IMG/VR virus record: IMGVR_UViG_3300027985_000978
Span: 17,680 to 81,679 of that record
From: a virus
DNA: 64,000 bases
Reading direction: 5' to 3' (one strand)
A program made the translations under genes and the position numbers. Below the pieces are notes generated by a model. That model saw only the letters and a program-made list of their open reading frames with translations. It did not search any database and was not told where the DNA came from. Of this stretch, positions 27,627 to 36,795 are shown one piece after another. Positions within the stretch are counted from its first letter, which is position 1. Each line of letters opens with the position of its first letter.

Positions 27627-29020
27627 CAGTCTTCATACACCATGTTGTAGGTTGAATTTTCTTCATCCAAGTAGATGTAATCCGCCAGCAACGGATCAGC
27701 CTTTTTGTCAGTCACAATGATCTTGAAATCTTCCATCACATCGAGCGCGTCAACTGCCGTCCAGATATCCTTTTCCAGAATATCGGAGTCTTTGTCTGTT
27801 GTGATATCACGCCCAAAGGTATCTCTGAGCATCAACTGAATAGCTTGCGCAACGGTTTCCGGTTGCTGGCGTGCAGCGATAACGCCGTTTACCGTCACCG
27901 TGAACGGGCATAAGTTACAGTTCACATAGGAATAGCGCCGGTTCAGTTCCTCGGTTGTCGCAAACAGATCAAGGATTTTTTCAGAAAGGGCGGTCTGGTC
28001 TTCCGTTGGTGAGTATGCACTGATAAAAATCCGCCCGATATTATCTAGGCTATATCCGCTTTCCGCTTCCTGTTGCACTTCACCCCATACGCGAACCCAC
28101 GTCAGATCGCCTATGTTGTTGCGAATGAATTGTTGATAATCGTTATCCCACACGATCTGATTGTCGTATGGTGTGGCGTAGATTGCACCGGCTCGGATCT
28201 CTTCGGTAGATTCCCCCGCCGCACCGCCCGTGATTGGCGTTGTGGTGACGACGGTTACTGATTTTGCTTGATCGGCGGTCAGGTCATCAAAGGTTAATGT
28301 CTGCCCTTGCAGCAAGGTTGTTTCGCCACTGGTACACCAGACGTGTAGCGTAATAGTTGAGCCAGCATCAGGAATACGGCCCGACACGCCATTACCAAAC
28401 CTGATCCCCAGCTGTTCTGTTGGTTTGTAAAACTCTGCATACACTTGGCTGGTGGACACGGCACGACGAAACAGAAAACGTTTTTCCCATTGCTCCGTCC
28501 CTTTGTTTGGTAATGTCACCATCACATCGACACTTGCCGCCTCTGCCGTCACCTCCTTGGATAACAACACTTCAAGCCATTTCTGTGACGCGGTAACGGT
28601 TGTCGTGAATACCTTCTCTTCCAGCTGGGAGATCTCCGCTTCCAGTGTTTCTCCAATCTCTACCCGCACCGATTCAGCCAGAATGTAAGGTAGCCGGTTC
28701 GGTGCGGTAATGGTTGCGCCGTAAGGCAGTAGCAGGGCCGCATTGGTATTATTGGTGATATTGATTTTACCGGTGGACGGCGTGATTTTTCGGCCCACAT
28801 AACCGCGATCTTCAGCCGCCGCCAGAATTGAAGCCCGTTTCACTGCCGTACTCATGAACGCTTCTTGTAGCAGGCGCGTTGCCAGCGTTTCGCAACGGGA
28901 AACCATTTGCCCCACAAACAGCGCCAGCCCTACTGCAAACTGAGATCCCAGCAGACGCGCCCACCACGTCTGCTTGCTCAATGATTCATTGAATGAATCT
29001 ATATTGTCTTGATAGCTCAT
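27626..29020 (-). CDS. bplA: Baseplate wedge BplA (gpJ-like)
   Basis: EAFMSTA..RASILAAAEDRGY, IRFGNG..G..P, ITGGA..ES.EEIR. Confidence 0.85.
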   Translation of the reverse strand: MSYQDNIDSFNESLSKQTWWARLLGSQFAVGLALFVGQMVSRCETLATRLLQEAFMSTAVKRASILAAAEDRGYVGRKITPSTGKINITNNTNAALLLPYGATITAPNRLPYILAESVRVEIGETLEAEISQLEEKVFTTTVTASQKWLEVLLSKEVTAEAASVDVMVTLPNKGTEQWEKRFLFRRAVSTSQVYAEFYKPTEQLGIRFGNGVSGRIPDAGSTITLHVWCTSGETTLLQGQTLTFDDLTADQAKSVTVVTTTPITGGAAGESTEEIRAGAIYATPYDNQIVWDNDYQQFIRNNIGDLTWVRVWGEVQQEAESGYSLDNIGRIFISAYSPTEDQTALSEKILDLFATTEELNRRYSYVNCNLCPFTVTVNGVIAARQQPETVAQAIQLMLRDTFGRDITTDKDSDILEKDIWTAVDALDVMEDFKIIVTDKKADPLLADYIYLDEENSTYNMVYED

Positions 29021-29030
29021 ACCCGACCTC

Positions 29031-29375
29031 TTACACGTTTAACTGAGTTGAAATCGCGCCTGCATTGGTCACGATATTCACATTGTACTGATCCATCACG
29101 GATGTATCAGGATTGCAAAGAATGGAGTAGATTTTCACGCCCTGTACGTCCCGTGGGAGCCCGTTTAGGATCATGTTTTCTAGCCCGATTGCGGTTGTTT
29201 CGTTGTGTGGTTCGTGCCGGAACGAATTGAAATCATGGCCCCAATCAGGGTTTCCGTAGACTTGACCCCGTGGCGTATCCATCCATTCCTGAATGTTGTT
29301 CGCCATTGCCTCGCCTTCGTCATCAAACATGACGACGCCCGATTCATCGAGCGACATTAGATAATTGATTTCCAT
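29031..29375 (-). CDS. pmgA: PmgA (gp25-like sheath initiator)
   Basis: EWMDTPRGQVYGNPDWG motif; synteny. Confidence 0.8.
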   Translation of the reverse strand: MEINYLMSLDESGVVMFDDEGEAMANNIQEWMDTPRGQVYGNPDWGHDFNSFRHEPHNETTAIGLENMILNGLPRDVQGVKIYSILCNPDTSVMDQYNVNIVTNAGAISTQLNV

Positions 29376-29377
29376 GC

Positions 29378-32300
29378 TTACCCCCTATCCCGCGCCAAGT
29401 CGCTCATGTGGCCTGATACATAGTCATGACCTGATACCGTTGGATTCCTGCCGGTCTCCTTCGTGCTGGTCGTGCTGCCGCCCTGCCCTTTGTTCTGTTG
29501 CTTCAGCAGGGATTCAATGTTGCTTAATGATTTACCCATTGCCGGATCAAGTTTTGCCACCAGCGGCGGTTGTTCTTTTTGTGCTTCGGCTTTGTCTTTC
29601 GCTTCGTTGCGTTTCTGGATATCAACCGGCGTAGCTGGTGGACGTTGCAGCAATAACGGAACGGTACTAGCTGTAACCTGTGTCGCCGGTTTAGCTTGTG
29701 GTTCTGGTGCTGCCAGCATTGGCGGGATACCTTTCACGCCCTTGCTATCTGCGCCCACTTTGAGCGGGGCCGCCGTCTGGTTTGCAGCAAACTGGCGATC
29801 ATATTTACCCATCTGTAACTCGGCAAACTGCCGCGCCGTCATGTTGGCATTCCCGCCGTTTTGCAATACCGCCTGTTTCCCCACAACACTAGAAGCCAGC
29901 GCATCGGGATTTTTCAGTAACTTCGTACCACCAGCCATCCCTTGTTGGTGCATCAGGTACAACTCACGGCCTGTTGCATCCCGACCCATGTTTTTCTGGA
30001 AATAGGCCGCGTTTTGGCGGGTAAAGTCCACCATTGCCTTTGTTGAGGCTTCGGGATCAAACGGGTTAAAGCCACCCATTGCCGACGCGGTAGACGGCAT
30101 AAACTGGAACAACCCAGTTGCACCGGATTTATTGTGCGCTAATGGATTGCCGCCCGATTCCACACCAGCCACCGCATTTAGATAACCGTCTGGTAATGCT
30201 GCCTCTTTCCCCATCTGTGACAGTGCAAGTGGGATCTGAACGCCATTCGGCATCTTGCCGCTATACTGGCCGCTCCAGTTCGACGGCGTTGAATAGCTGG
30301 TATTGTTAATCGTGGTATCCCCGTTATCACCGCCCACCTTCACGACGCTGATCAGATCCTTGATTGCATCCACAATCGAATCAGAATTGAAGTCACCCAC
30401 GGATTTAGCCAATGAACCAAGTGCGCCCTTATCACTGAATGGGGCGTAAATCGTTTTTGCCAGTGTTCCCGCGTCAAAGTTCATTGCATTTTTAGCGCCC
30501 TTGATTCCGGCATCTTCAGCGACCGATCCAACTGTTTTCGCAAGGAATGAGGTTAAACCGCCCATATCGATCACACTGGCTGTACCAGACGCTAGTTTCT
30601 GGCCGATTGTCATGTTCTCGCCATCTTTCAGGCCCATTGCCTTTCGTGCAGATCCCCCACTCATGCTGTCATACATGGCTTTTGCGATATCACCAGAATC
30701 AAACGTGAGCGCGTCTTGCGTATTCTTCATCCCAGCCCAGCCAGCCAGATCGCCAGCTAATCCAGATATGCCAGATGTGAGACCGCCCATGTCTAACACG
30801 TTCGCAGCTGCCGTTGATGATTTCTGCCCCGTGGTGGCTTGCTGGCCGTCCTTCAGGTTGAAGATACCCTTTTGCGCTTCCGTGTCGTTATAGCCGTTGT
30901 AAGCATCATATCCGGCCATCCCCAGCGCCAAGGCTTGCCCGACCAAAGGCAGAGCACGCGCCCCCGCTAACACACCTTTACCGGTCAATTCGGCTGCACC
31001 CTTGCCAACGGATAACAAACCTTTACCGGTCATTTTGGCCGCGTTCTTGCCAACACTGGCGGCGCTGGCAACTGAAGGGATCTCACTGATTGCTTTCGGG
31101 ATAGCGCCAGTGACACGGGATAACAGGCCGGTTTTTCGTACCAGACCTTTGCTGTTGCGGCCCAGCGTTGGTGTTTTCCGGCCCCGTGCCATTGCCTTTC
31201 TTTCGGCCTTGGTTTTGGCCACCGTGCTTCGTTCAGCCTTGGCGGTTTTGCCGGTTTTCTCTTTGCCGGTTGTCTTGGTTTTGTCCTTGCCAGTTCCGTT
31301 ATTGTTAATGTCGATCCCTTGGCTGTTATCCAAGTCATCCAACACTTCTTCAGCGGTATCCAGCAGTCCACCAGCTGCACGACCAACACGACCCCGCTTA
31401 GTGGTTGCCTTCCGGCTAACCTTGCGTGTGCTGCCGCGTCTGCCGCCTACTGTGCCACGTTGACCACGACGGCCCCGCGTCATATCCCATAGCTGTTTAC
31501 CACCACCCAGCAGCGAATCAACCAGCCCTTTTTGCTTCGGCTTCAGTTCATCCAGAATTTCTTCTAAAACTTGCTGGGTTTGCTCATGATTGGCTTCGAT
31601 AACATTGATCTGTTTCTCTGCCCGTGCATCATCAGCTTTTGTTTTCACGCCCTGCTCAAAGGCAGTTTTAGAACCGCTAACCGGTGCAGCTGGCGTTTTT
31701 GCTGGCGCAGCTGGTGGCGTTGCGGTTGTCTCCTGTTTCCGGCCTGTCACCCGATTGAATAGCGCTTTACCGGCACGAACCGGCGCAGTTACCACCCGTT
31801 TTACGCCACGCGCTTTATTGCTGGCGTATTCCTTCACCCCTTTGACGGATGTTAGTTTTCTTAGGCGTAGTGACTCCTTGAAGTTCGACGCCATTTCTGC
31901 GACTTCTTTTGCTGCCAGCCAGTAACTGCCACCAGCCGCCACGCCTGCCGCGTTGGTGGCGTCTGTTTCTGCCGCCTTACCGGTTAGCCGCCCGATAGCC
32001 TTTGCCAAGAAACCCATCTGTGCGCCGTTGGCGTTGGCTCGTTTTGCGGCGGTCTTTTCGTCTACGTCCTGATTCTGTTCATTGTGGTAGCGGCGTAACT
32101 CTACCTTGCTGGCAAACTTGCCATCTGGACGGCGCAGCCTGCCGTTCGCATCCACGTAGTAGCCGTTATTCTTGCTGTCCTGTGCTGGTGGCGTTTCCGG
32201 TTTAGCTGGCGCAGCTGCACGCGCTGGCACAACTTCAGCTGCCGGAGCATCAATCTCAATCGTGCGGTTCCGGCGTGCCGTTTTCGGATCGTAGGGTTTG

Positions 32301-32806
32301 TTTTTGCCTGTAACCGGTACAGAACCAGTGGGTTTTGGTGTGGTATTTTTTGGTTCTTTTTTGGCTTGTTTTGGCGTTTCCTCTGCAATAATTTGGCGGC
32401 TTGCTTTTACCTGTTGCAGTCCTGAAATACCTTTTCTTGCCGTTTCAATGCCACTTTCAGCGGTATTAATCACTGATTGGTTAATACTGGTATCAGGTGT
32501 GCCAGTATTGGTATTTCTGCTTTGTTGCTTTTGTGATTGCTTCTGCTCTTTTTGGCCTGAATTAATGCCAGAAGAGACACTGTTTTGCACAGTGCCTTTT
32601 TGCATGGTTCGGGCGTTCTGGATGTTCGATTGACGCATCAGGGCGCGTAACTGTTTCTCGCCTTGCTTCTCAAGCGTGCTGGTCAAGTCAGCCAGATCGA
32701 GATAAACGTTAGTCTTCAATTCCTGCACAGTCATTGTGCCAACGTCTAAAGCGTCAACCGTCTGGATATCTGGATTGTCTATGTTGTCGTTTACGTTCTC
32801 AGCCAT
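29378..32806 (-). CDS. sit: Sit: tape measure with lytic transglycosylase domain
   Basis: 1142 aa; SLT motif VESGGNP.A..KSGATGLFQFMPSTA; synteny. Confidence 0.88.
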   Translation of the reverse strand: MAENVNDNIDNPDIQTVDALDVGTMTVQELKTNVYLDLADLTSTLEKQGEKQLRALMRQSNIQNARTMQKGTVQNSVSSGINSGQKEQKQSQKQQSRNTNTGTPDTSINQSVINTAESGIETARKGISGLQQVKASRQIIAEETPKQAKKEPKNTTPKPTGSVPVTGKNKPYDPKTARRNRTIEIDAPAAEVVPARAAAPAKPETPPAQDSKNNGYYVDANGRLRRPDGKFASKVELRRYHNEQNQDVDEKTAAKRANANGAQMGFLAKAIGRLTGKAAETDATNAAGVAAGGSYWLAAKEVAEMASNFKESLRLRKLTSVKGVKEYASNKARGVKRVVTAPVRAGKALFNRVTGRKQETTATPPAAPAKTPAAPVSGSKTAFEQGVKTKADDARAEKQINVIEANHEQTQQVLEEILDELKPKQKGLVDSLLGGGKQLWDMTRGRRGQRGTVGGRRGSTRKVSRKATTKRGRVGRAAGGLLDTAEEVLDDLDNSQGIDINNNGTGKDKTKTTGKEKTGKTAKAERSTVAKTKAERKAMARGRKTPTLGRNSKGLVRKTGLLSRVTGAIPKAISEIPSVASAASVGKNAAKMTGKGLLSVGKGAAELTGKGVLAGARALPLVGQALALGMAGYDAYNGYNDTEAQKGIFNLKDGQQATTGQKSSTAAANVLDMGGLTSGISGLAGDLAGWAGMKNTQDALTFDSGDIAKAMYDSMSGGSARKAMGLKDGENMTIGQKLASGTASVIDMGGLTSFLAKTVGSVAEDAGIKGAKNAMNFDAGTLAKTIYAPFSDKGALGSLAKSVGDFNSDSIVDAIKDLISVVKVGGDNGDTTINNTSYSTPSNWSGQYSGKMPNGVQIPLALSQMGKEAALPDGYLNAVAGVESGGNPLAHNKSGATGLFQFMPSTASAMGGFNPFDPEASTKAMVDFTRQNAAYFQKNMGRDATGRELYLMHQQGMAGGTKLLKNPDALASSVVGKQAVLQNGGNANMTARQFAELQMGKYDRQFAANQTAAPLKVGADSKGVKGIPPMLAAPEPQAKPATQVTASTVPLLLQRPPATPVDIQKRNEAKDKAEAQKEQPPLVAKLDPAMGKSLSNIESLLKQQNKGQGGSTTSTKETGRNPTVSGHDYVSGHMSDLARDRG

Positions 32807-32817
32807 GATTCACCGCG

Positions 32818-33015
32818 CTATTTGTATTTTTCCACAAGCCCTTCATTCATCATTTCCACCAGCGGGACGGAACTCTTTAGAATGCTGTCGATTGGCTGTT
32901 GCCCGTATATCGTCAGGTTCTTCAGGATCACGTACCAATCACGGAGCCTATAGCGTTGGTATGAAGTCGATAGGCCGAAATCGGAGCAGTAGAACGGTTG
33001 CCGGTACTGGCTCAC
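32818..33015 (-). CDS. Small ORF overlapping the pmgB 3' end in another frame (tail assembly factor candidate)
   Basis: GTG start 9 nt after AAGGAGG; fills the gap between pmgB and sit. Confidence 0.5.
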   Translation of the reverse strand: MSQYRQPFYCSDFGLSTSYQRYRLRDWYVILKNLTIYGQQPIDSILKSSVPLVEMMNEGLVEKYK

Positions 33016-33766
33016 CCTCTACTGCCTCCTTAGCTTTCGTATCGCAATACAACGGCGGGGAAACTACATCTACCTGTCCATCATGCAACTCAACCGGTAA
33101 GCCGTGGCGCAACTCTTCAGCAGCCACTAAACAGCGTGCCACCAGCGGTTGAAACTCACTCACGCGATCCATATTGCGCACCATGTCTAACTTGGCTTCG
33201 GTGGCTTCTTCCCATGACAAGCCTTCGTGCTGTTGCAGGCTGAACGAATGCACAACTTCCAGCACTTTGATTTCAGCTTTCAGGCGTCTGGTTTGCGCTT
33301 CGTCAGCGCCGGTTAGTTCAAACCGCTTCTCTTCCAGATGGGTGACGGCGCGACCGTCTAACGGATGGAAACGGGCCGGTAATTCTTTGTCCTGATAGAA
33401 AACAACGTCTTCAATGAACGGATCACCGCTCAAGGTCAGTACGCCATCATCCAGTTCAAGCAGATCGATATCGACATGATGTGTTTCACCGCAATGAGAA
33501 CACTCATAGCTGTACGCAAGGCGCGTATCGTCATGAATACCTATATAAATCCACCAAAGCGCTGTACGGCGATCCTGTGCCGTCCAAATGAGCGGATCGG
33601 GACTGCCTTCACTGGTCATTAGCTGGCGCAGATAATCCGTAGTCGCGGATTCTTCGAGTTCGGGCCGGATACCGGTAAAATCAATCGTGTCAGCCACGGT
33701 CGGCGCTCGAAACTGGATCTTAACTTTTGGCTGGCTAGGCAATGGAAACGGGGGGATAGAAAGCAT
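32948..33766 (-). CDS. pmgB: PmgB homolog (tail/hub assembly chaperone, CxxC)
   Basis: FPLPS...DPLIWTAQDRRTALWWI...Y.CSHCGE.H...FRPIDFIP. Confidence 0.8.
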   Translation of the reverse strand: MLSIPPFPLPSQPKVKIQFRAPTVADTIDFTGIRPELEESATTDYLRQLMTSEGSPDPLIWTAQDRRTALWWIYIGIHDDTRLAYSYECSHCGETHHVDIDLLELDDGVLTLSGDPFIEDVVFYQDKELPARFHPLDGRAVTHLEEKRFELTGADEAQTRRLKAEIKVLEVVHSFSLQQHEGLSWEEATEAKLDMVRNMDRVSEFQPLVARCLVAAEELRHGLPVELHDGQVDVVSPPLYCDTKAKEAVEGEPVPATVLLLRFRPIDFIPTL

Positions 33767-33776
33767 TTAAAGCCCC

Positions 33777-34370
33777 TTATGATCGGTGACATTCAAAAGT
33801 AACTGGATACGACACGAACTGATTCAGTTCAGCGCGGGAACGGGAAACCTCGTAGCCGCCAATCGAGACACGCCACTCTGATTCAAGTACCTCTTTGTCA
33901 CTGGATAAAATGCGATACATGCGCATCTTGGTTAGATACTTGCTCGATAGGTTTACCGTGCCGTCTGCATTCGTGACCTTATCCGCCATGCTGTCGAAAT
34001 ACTTCATGAGGCGGCCATCTTCGTGATCGCGCACTGTCAGGGAGATTTCTGTAATGGTTCGGTTGATCGGGGAGTTAATGGAAATACTGCCGATCTGCTT
34101 GGTTTCATACTCAACGGTTAATTGGCCGTAAGTCACATCCCGCACATACATATCAAAATCAGTCGGCGCACCGTCGATCTCGATTCGGAATTGCCAGCCT
34201 TGCTGAAAGGGTGTCTCGATCAGCTGTTTGACAATCCGGCGTTGTGATTGCAGATATTTACCGGCTGTACTGCCGCCGTACTTGTTGGGTTGCAGCATAC
34301 CCAGCAGGGACGACGACGAACTAGAAGACGACGAACTAAACAGGGAAAGGATCGAGCTAACAATGGACAT
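33777..34370 (-). CDS. tub: Tub, tail tube-like baseplate protein
   Basis: FQQGWQF.IEIDG...D.TY....EYET..IG...VRD..DG...NADGT.N....YL..MR.YR.LSS. Confidence 0.82.
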   Translation of the reverse strand: MSIVSSILSLFSSSSSSSSSSLLGMLQPNKYGGSTAGKYLQSQRRIVKQLIETPFQQGWQFRIEIDGAPTDFDMYVRDVTYGQLTVEYETKQIGSISINSPINRTITEISLTVRDHEDGRLMKYFDSMADKVTNADGTVNLSSKYLTKMRMYRILSSDKEVLESEWRVSIGGYEVSRSRAELNQFVSYPVTFECHRS

Positions 34371-34379
34371 GAGCCCCCC

Positions 34380-34955
34380 TTAGAGCGGCTGGATCGTAAT
34401 GATTGGCAGGATTGCCCGTTGTGCCTTCATTGCTTCACGCAAGGCGGTTAATTGCGCCTCTCGGTCTTGTGGTGACGGAATGCGGGAGATATCCATGCGT
34501 CCAGCTTCTTGCACCCGTGCTGTGCGCTCGTCGTTCGGAATAGCGATCAGCACTTCTAAGTAGTCCTGAATCATACCAATGCTGGTGGCGGGTAACTGGT
34601 AAGTGTCCTGATCGATAGCGCGTAGATTGACCAGATACATAAACCGCACCGGAAACACGGTGGATTCGTCCAGTTCAAGCGTCAAAGCGCCTTGCTCGTC
34701 GGTCAGCACGTCCACCGGCACATAGTCACCGTTCGCACCGGTAGCAACGATAGGCGCTAAGTAATCATCAGGCAGAGAGTAGGTTGCGGGTAAAACTGAA
34801 TCGGCTGGCTCTGATAAACGCACAACCTTTGTCACACCCGCTAAATCTTGGTATTGGCCTAGTGCATCAGTCAGTAATTGATGTTGCTGGGTTTCATCCA
34901 CCAGCAACACCGAAAAGCGACGAACTACACCAGCTAAAAGCTCGGTAGCAGTCAT
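34380..34955 (-). CDS. pmgC: PmgC, head-tail adaptor homolog
   Basis: LL..V..RF...ALG.YQD.AG...YL.NLR..D...DYLEVLIAIPN. Confidence 0.82.
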   Translation of the reverse strand: MTATELLAGVVRRFSVLLVDETQQHQLLTDALGQYQDLAGVTKVVRLSEPADSVLPATYSLPDDYLAPIVATGANGDYVPVDVLTDEQGALTLELDESTVFPVRFMYLVNLRAIDQDTYQLPATSIGMIQDYLEVLIAIPNDERTARVQEAGRMDISRIPSPQDREAQLTALREAMKAQRAILPIITIQPL

Positions 34956-34961
34956 CGTTTA

Positions 34962-35462
34962 TTATTCCCACTCGTACCAGTTGTAAGTGATAGTCATGTT
35001 AGGTTTAACCAGCGCTTGCACGTCTTCAGTTGCCAGATCGATTGCATCACAACGGATCTTGCAGTGCTCAAGGCGGCAAGTAGTCCCTGTCGGGCTTTTA
35101 CCGGCTAATGATTCAGGCGTAGGGCGGATAGTGATATCAACGTATTTCTTACCGCGTACCAAGTCAGTAACGAAAGGAACCACGATACCCTTAATGGTTT
35201 CTACACAGCTAACGGTCACTTCGCCTTTGTTTTCAAGCGGCCCAGCTTGCGTGAAGCTCACACCCATTGGGCCGAAATCTTCAACGTCAGCGCGGCCCTG
35301 AGCCGGTAACTGAGTAGTGCGCACTAATACGGTCATGTTTGGATTGTTGTTAAAAACCATCTCAAACTCTGCACCGCTCATTTTCTCGCCAGCGTCTAAG
35401 TTTTTGCGAAACTGTTGTTTCACAAAGCTCATGTTGCCTTTTGCGTTGCTATGTCCAGACAT
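34962..35462 (-). CDS. bplB: BplB, major tail tube protein homolog
   Basis: GH.N.KGN..F...VLVRT.Q.P...R.DVEDFGP.GV.F.Q.GP...CVETI.G...YNW.EW. Confidence 0.85.
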   Translation of the reverse strand: MSGHSNAKGNMSFVKQQFRKNLDAGEKMSGAEFEMVFNNNPNMTVLVRTTQLPAQGRADVEDFGPMGVSFTQAGPLENKGEVTVSCVETIKGIVVPFVTDLVRGKKYVDITIRPTPESLAGKSPTGTTCRLEHCKIRCDAIDLATEDVQALVKPNMTITYNWYEWE

Positions 35463-35477
35463 AGAAAAAAGCTCCTG

Positions 35478-36074
35478 TTATGTATACAGATTCGGGATTT
35501 CTGAACGATTGATCATTTGGAACGGCGTTAGGGATAAGTTGACCGTGTTTCGGGTCATGTATCCGTCTTTCGTGCGGGGAGCATCTAACTCTGATTGCAC
35601 CTCAAGGATCAGAACGTTGGTCATCACAAAGCGGCGGCCAACGTTGACCGTGACAGACAACGGCGTTAAGCCTGAAGCCTTGGTTAAATCAATGCCTGAT
35701 ACGTTCCCCAGCTGGGGGGAGGCCATCTGTTCCAGCGCCATGATTGCCAGATCTACTTCCATCTGTGCGTTGTTGACGGCCTGAAAATACAGGGGCAGGG
35801 ATAGTGTGGGCGGCGTTGTGCCTTCCCACACCATACGGGAGTTAAACTGTGTAACCAGTGTTTGGCCCGTGCCTGCCTGTAACAGATCGGATACCTTATC
35901 CAGACCTGCCGCTTTACCGGCTGTATCGCTCTCAAACGGTGAAGTCCAGTTGGAGGTCAGCGACTTGCTGGCCCCATCCCCGATATAACCAGTAACCATC
36001 ACGCCACCCTGAGAAATGCGGCATTTTAGGTACTGACTGATCCCGTCGTTGTTTGACACTCCATATTGCGGCAT
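35478..36074 (-). CDS. pmgG: PmgG baseplate/tube initiator homolog
   Basis: 198 aa, NWTSPFE...VWEG..PP; between gene 21 and bplB. Confidence 0.75.
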   Translation of the reverse strand: MPQYGVSNNDGISQYLKCRISQGGVMVTGYIGDGASKSLTSNWTSPFESDTAGKAAGLDKVSDLLQAGTGQTLVTQFNSRMVWEGTTPPTLSLPLYFQAVNNAQMEVDLAIMALEQMASPQLGNVSGIDLTKASGLTPLSVTVNVGRRFVMTNVLILEVQSELDAPRTKDGYMTRNTVNLSLTPFQMINRSEIPNLYT

Positions 36075-36086
36075 GTCTAAAACCCC

Positions 36087-36785
36087 TTACAGGCCGCGTT
36101 TAGCGCGGATCTTCATGGATTTTTTGCGTGCCAGTTTCGCCGCGCCGGTATTCGCTTTCATGCGTGCTTTTTTCAAAGCTGCTCGCTGTGCTGAAGACAG
36201 ACGTTTTTTGCGCAGTGGGCGGCGGATCTGTTTCAGTACGCCATTGCGAACCACTTTCACCAGCGATTCCAGCATGACTGATTCACGGACAGAGAATTCA
36301 CCGATCAGGGTGTCTTCGTCTGCACCGTCAGCGTCCAGCGCGTCACCAGCAGCGATAAACGCTTGCGCGGCTGCCGTGTCATCACCGGACATTGCATCGT
36401 TCGCAACTTTGGCCGGAACGCCTAAATACGCCAGCGCTTCGCCCATCAGAGACAAGTAGTTTTCGTACTCGCCCTGTTCATCGTCTGGTGATACTTCGCC
36501 GTCTTCGTCAACGTCAGCCATGCCTTGCGCTAATGCGTCCAGCGCGTCGGCTGAATCATCACCTTCAGCAACCCATTCCATGATCAGTGCCATAGAGTCA
36601 GCACGGATAGATTGCAGCGCCGCAGTCGTCATTGCGTCATCCATTGCCGCACCCGCTTCAGCAGATTCAAAGAATTGCTTCTCTGTCACTTCCGCAGCTG
36701 GCGCAGCTTTTGGATCTAAGCCTTCAAACATACGGCTGAAAATTTGCGCAGCTGGTGTGCCGCGCTTCATATCTTCAAATTTCAT
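36087..36785 (-). CDS. 21: gp21 homolog (prohead core-like; acidic body, basic tail)
   Basis: C-terminus RKKRLSSAQRAALKKARMKANTGAAKLARKKSMK.R.KRG. Confidence 0.82.
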   Translation of the reverse strand: MKFEDMKRGTPAAQIFSRMFEGLDPKAAPAAEVTEKQFFESAEAGAAMDDAMTTAALQSIRADSMALIMEWVAEGDDSADALDALAQGMADVDEDGEVSPDDEQGEYENYLSLMGEALAYLGVPAKVANDAMSGDDTAAAQAFIAAGDALDADGADEDTLIGEFSVRESVMLESLVKVVRNGVLKQIRRPLRKKRLSSAQRAALKKARMKANTGAAKLARKKSMKIRAKRGL

Positions 36786-36795
36786 GAGTTAGCCC

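Noticed and set aside
34309-34338. Poly-serine tract in tub
   Set aside because: Mixed codons in a low-complexity linker, not a slippage repeat.
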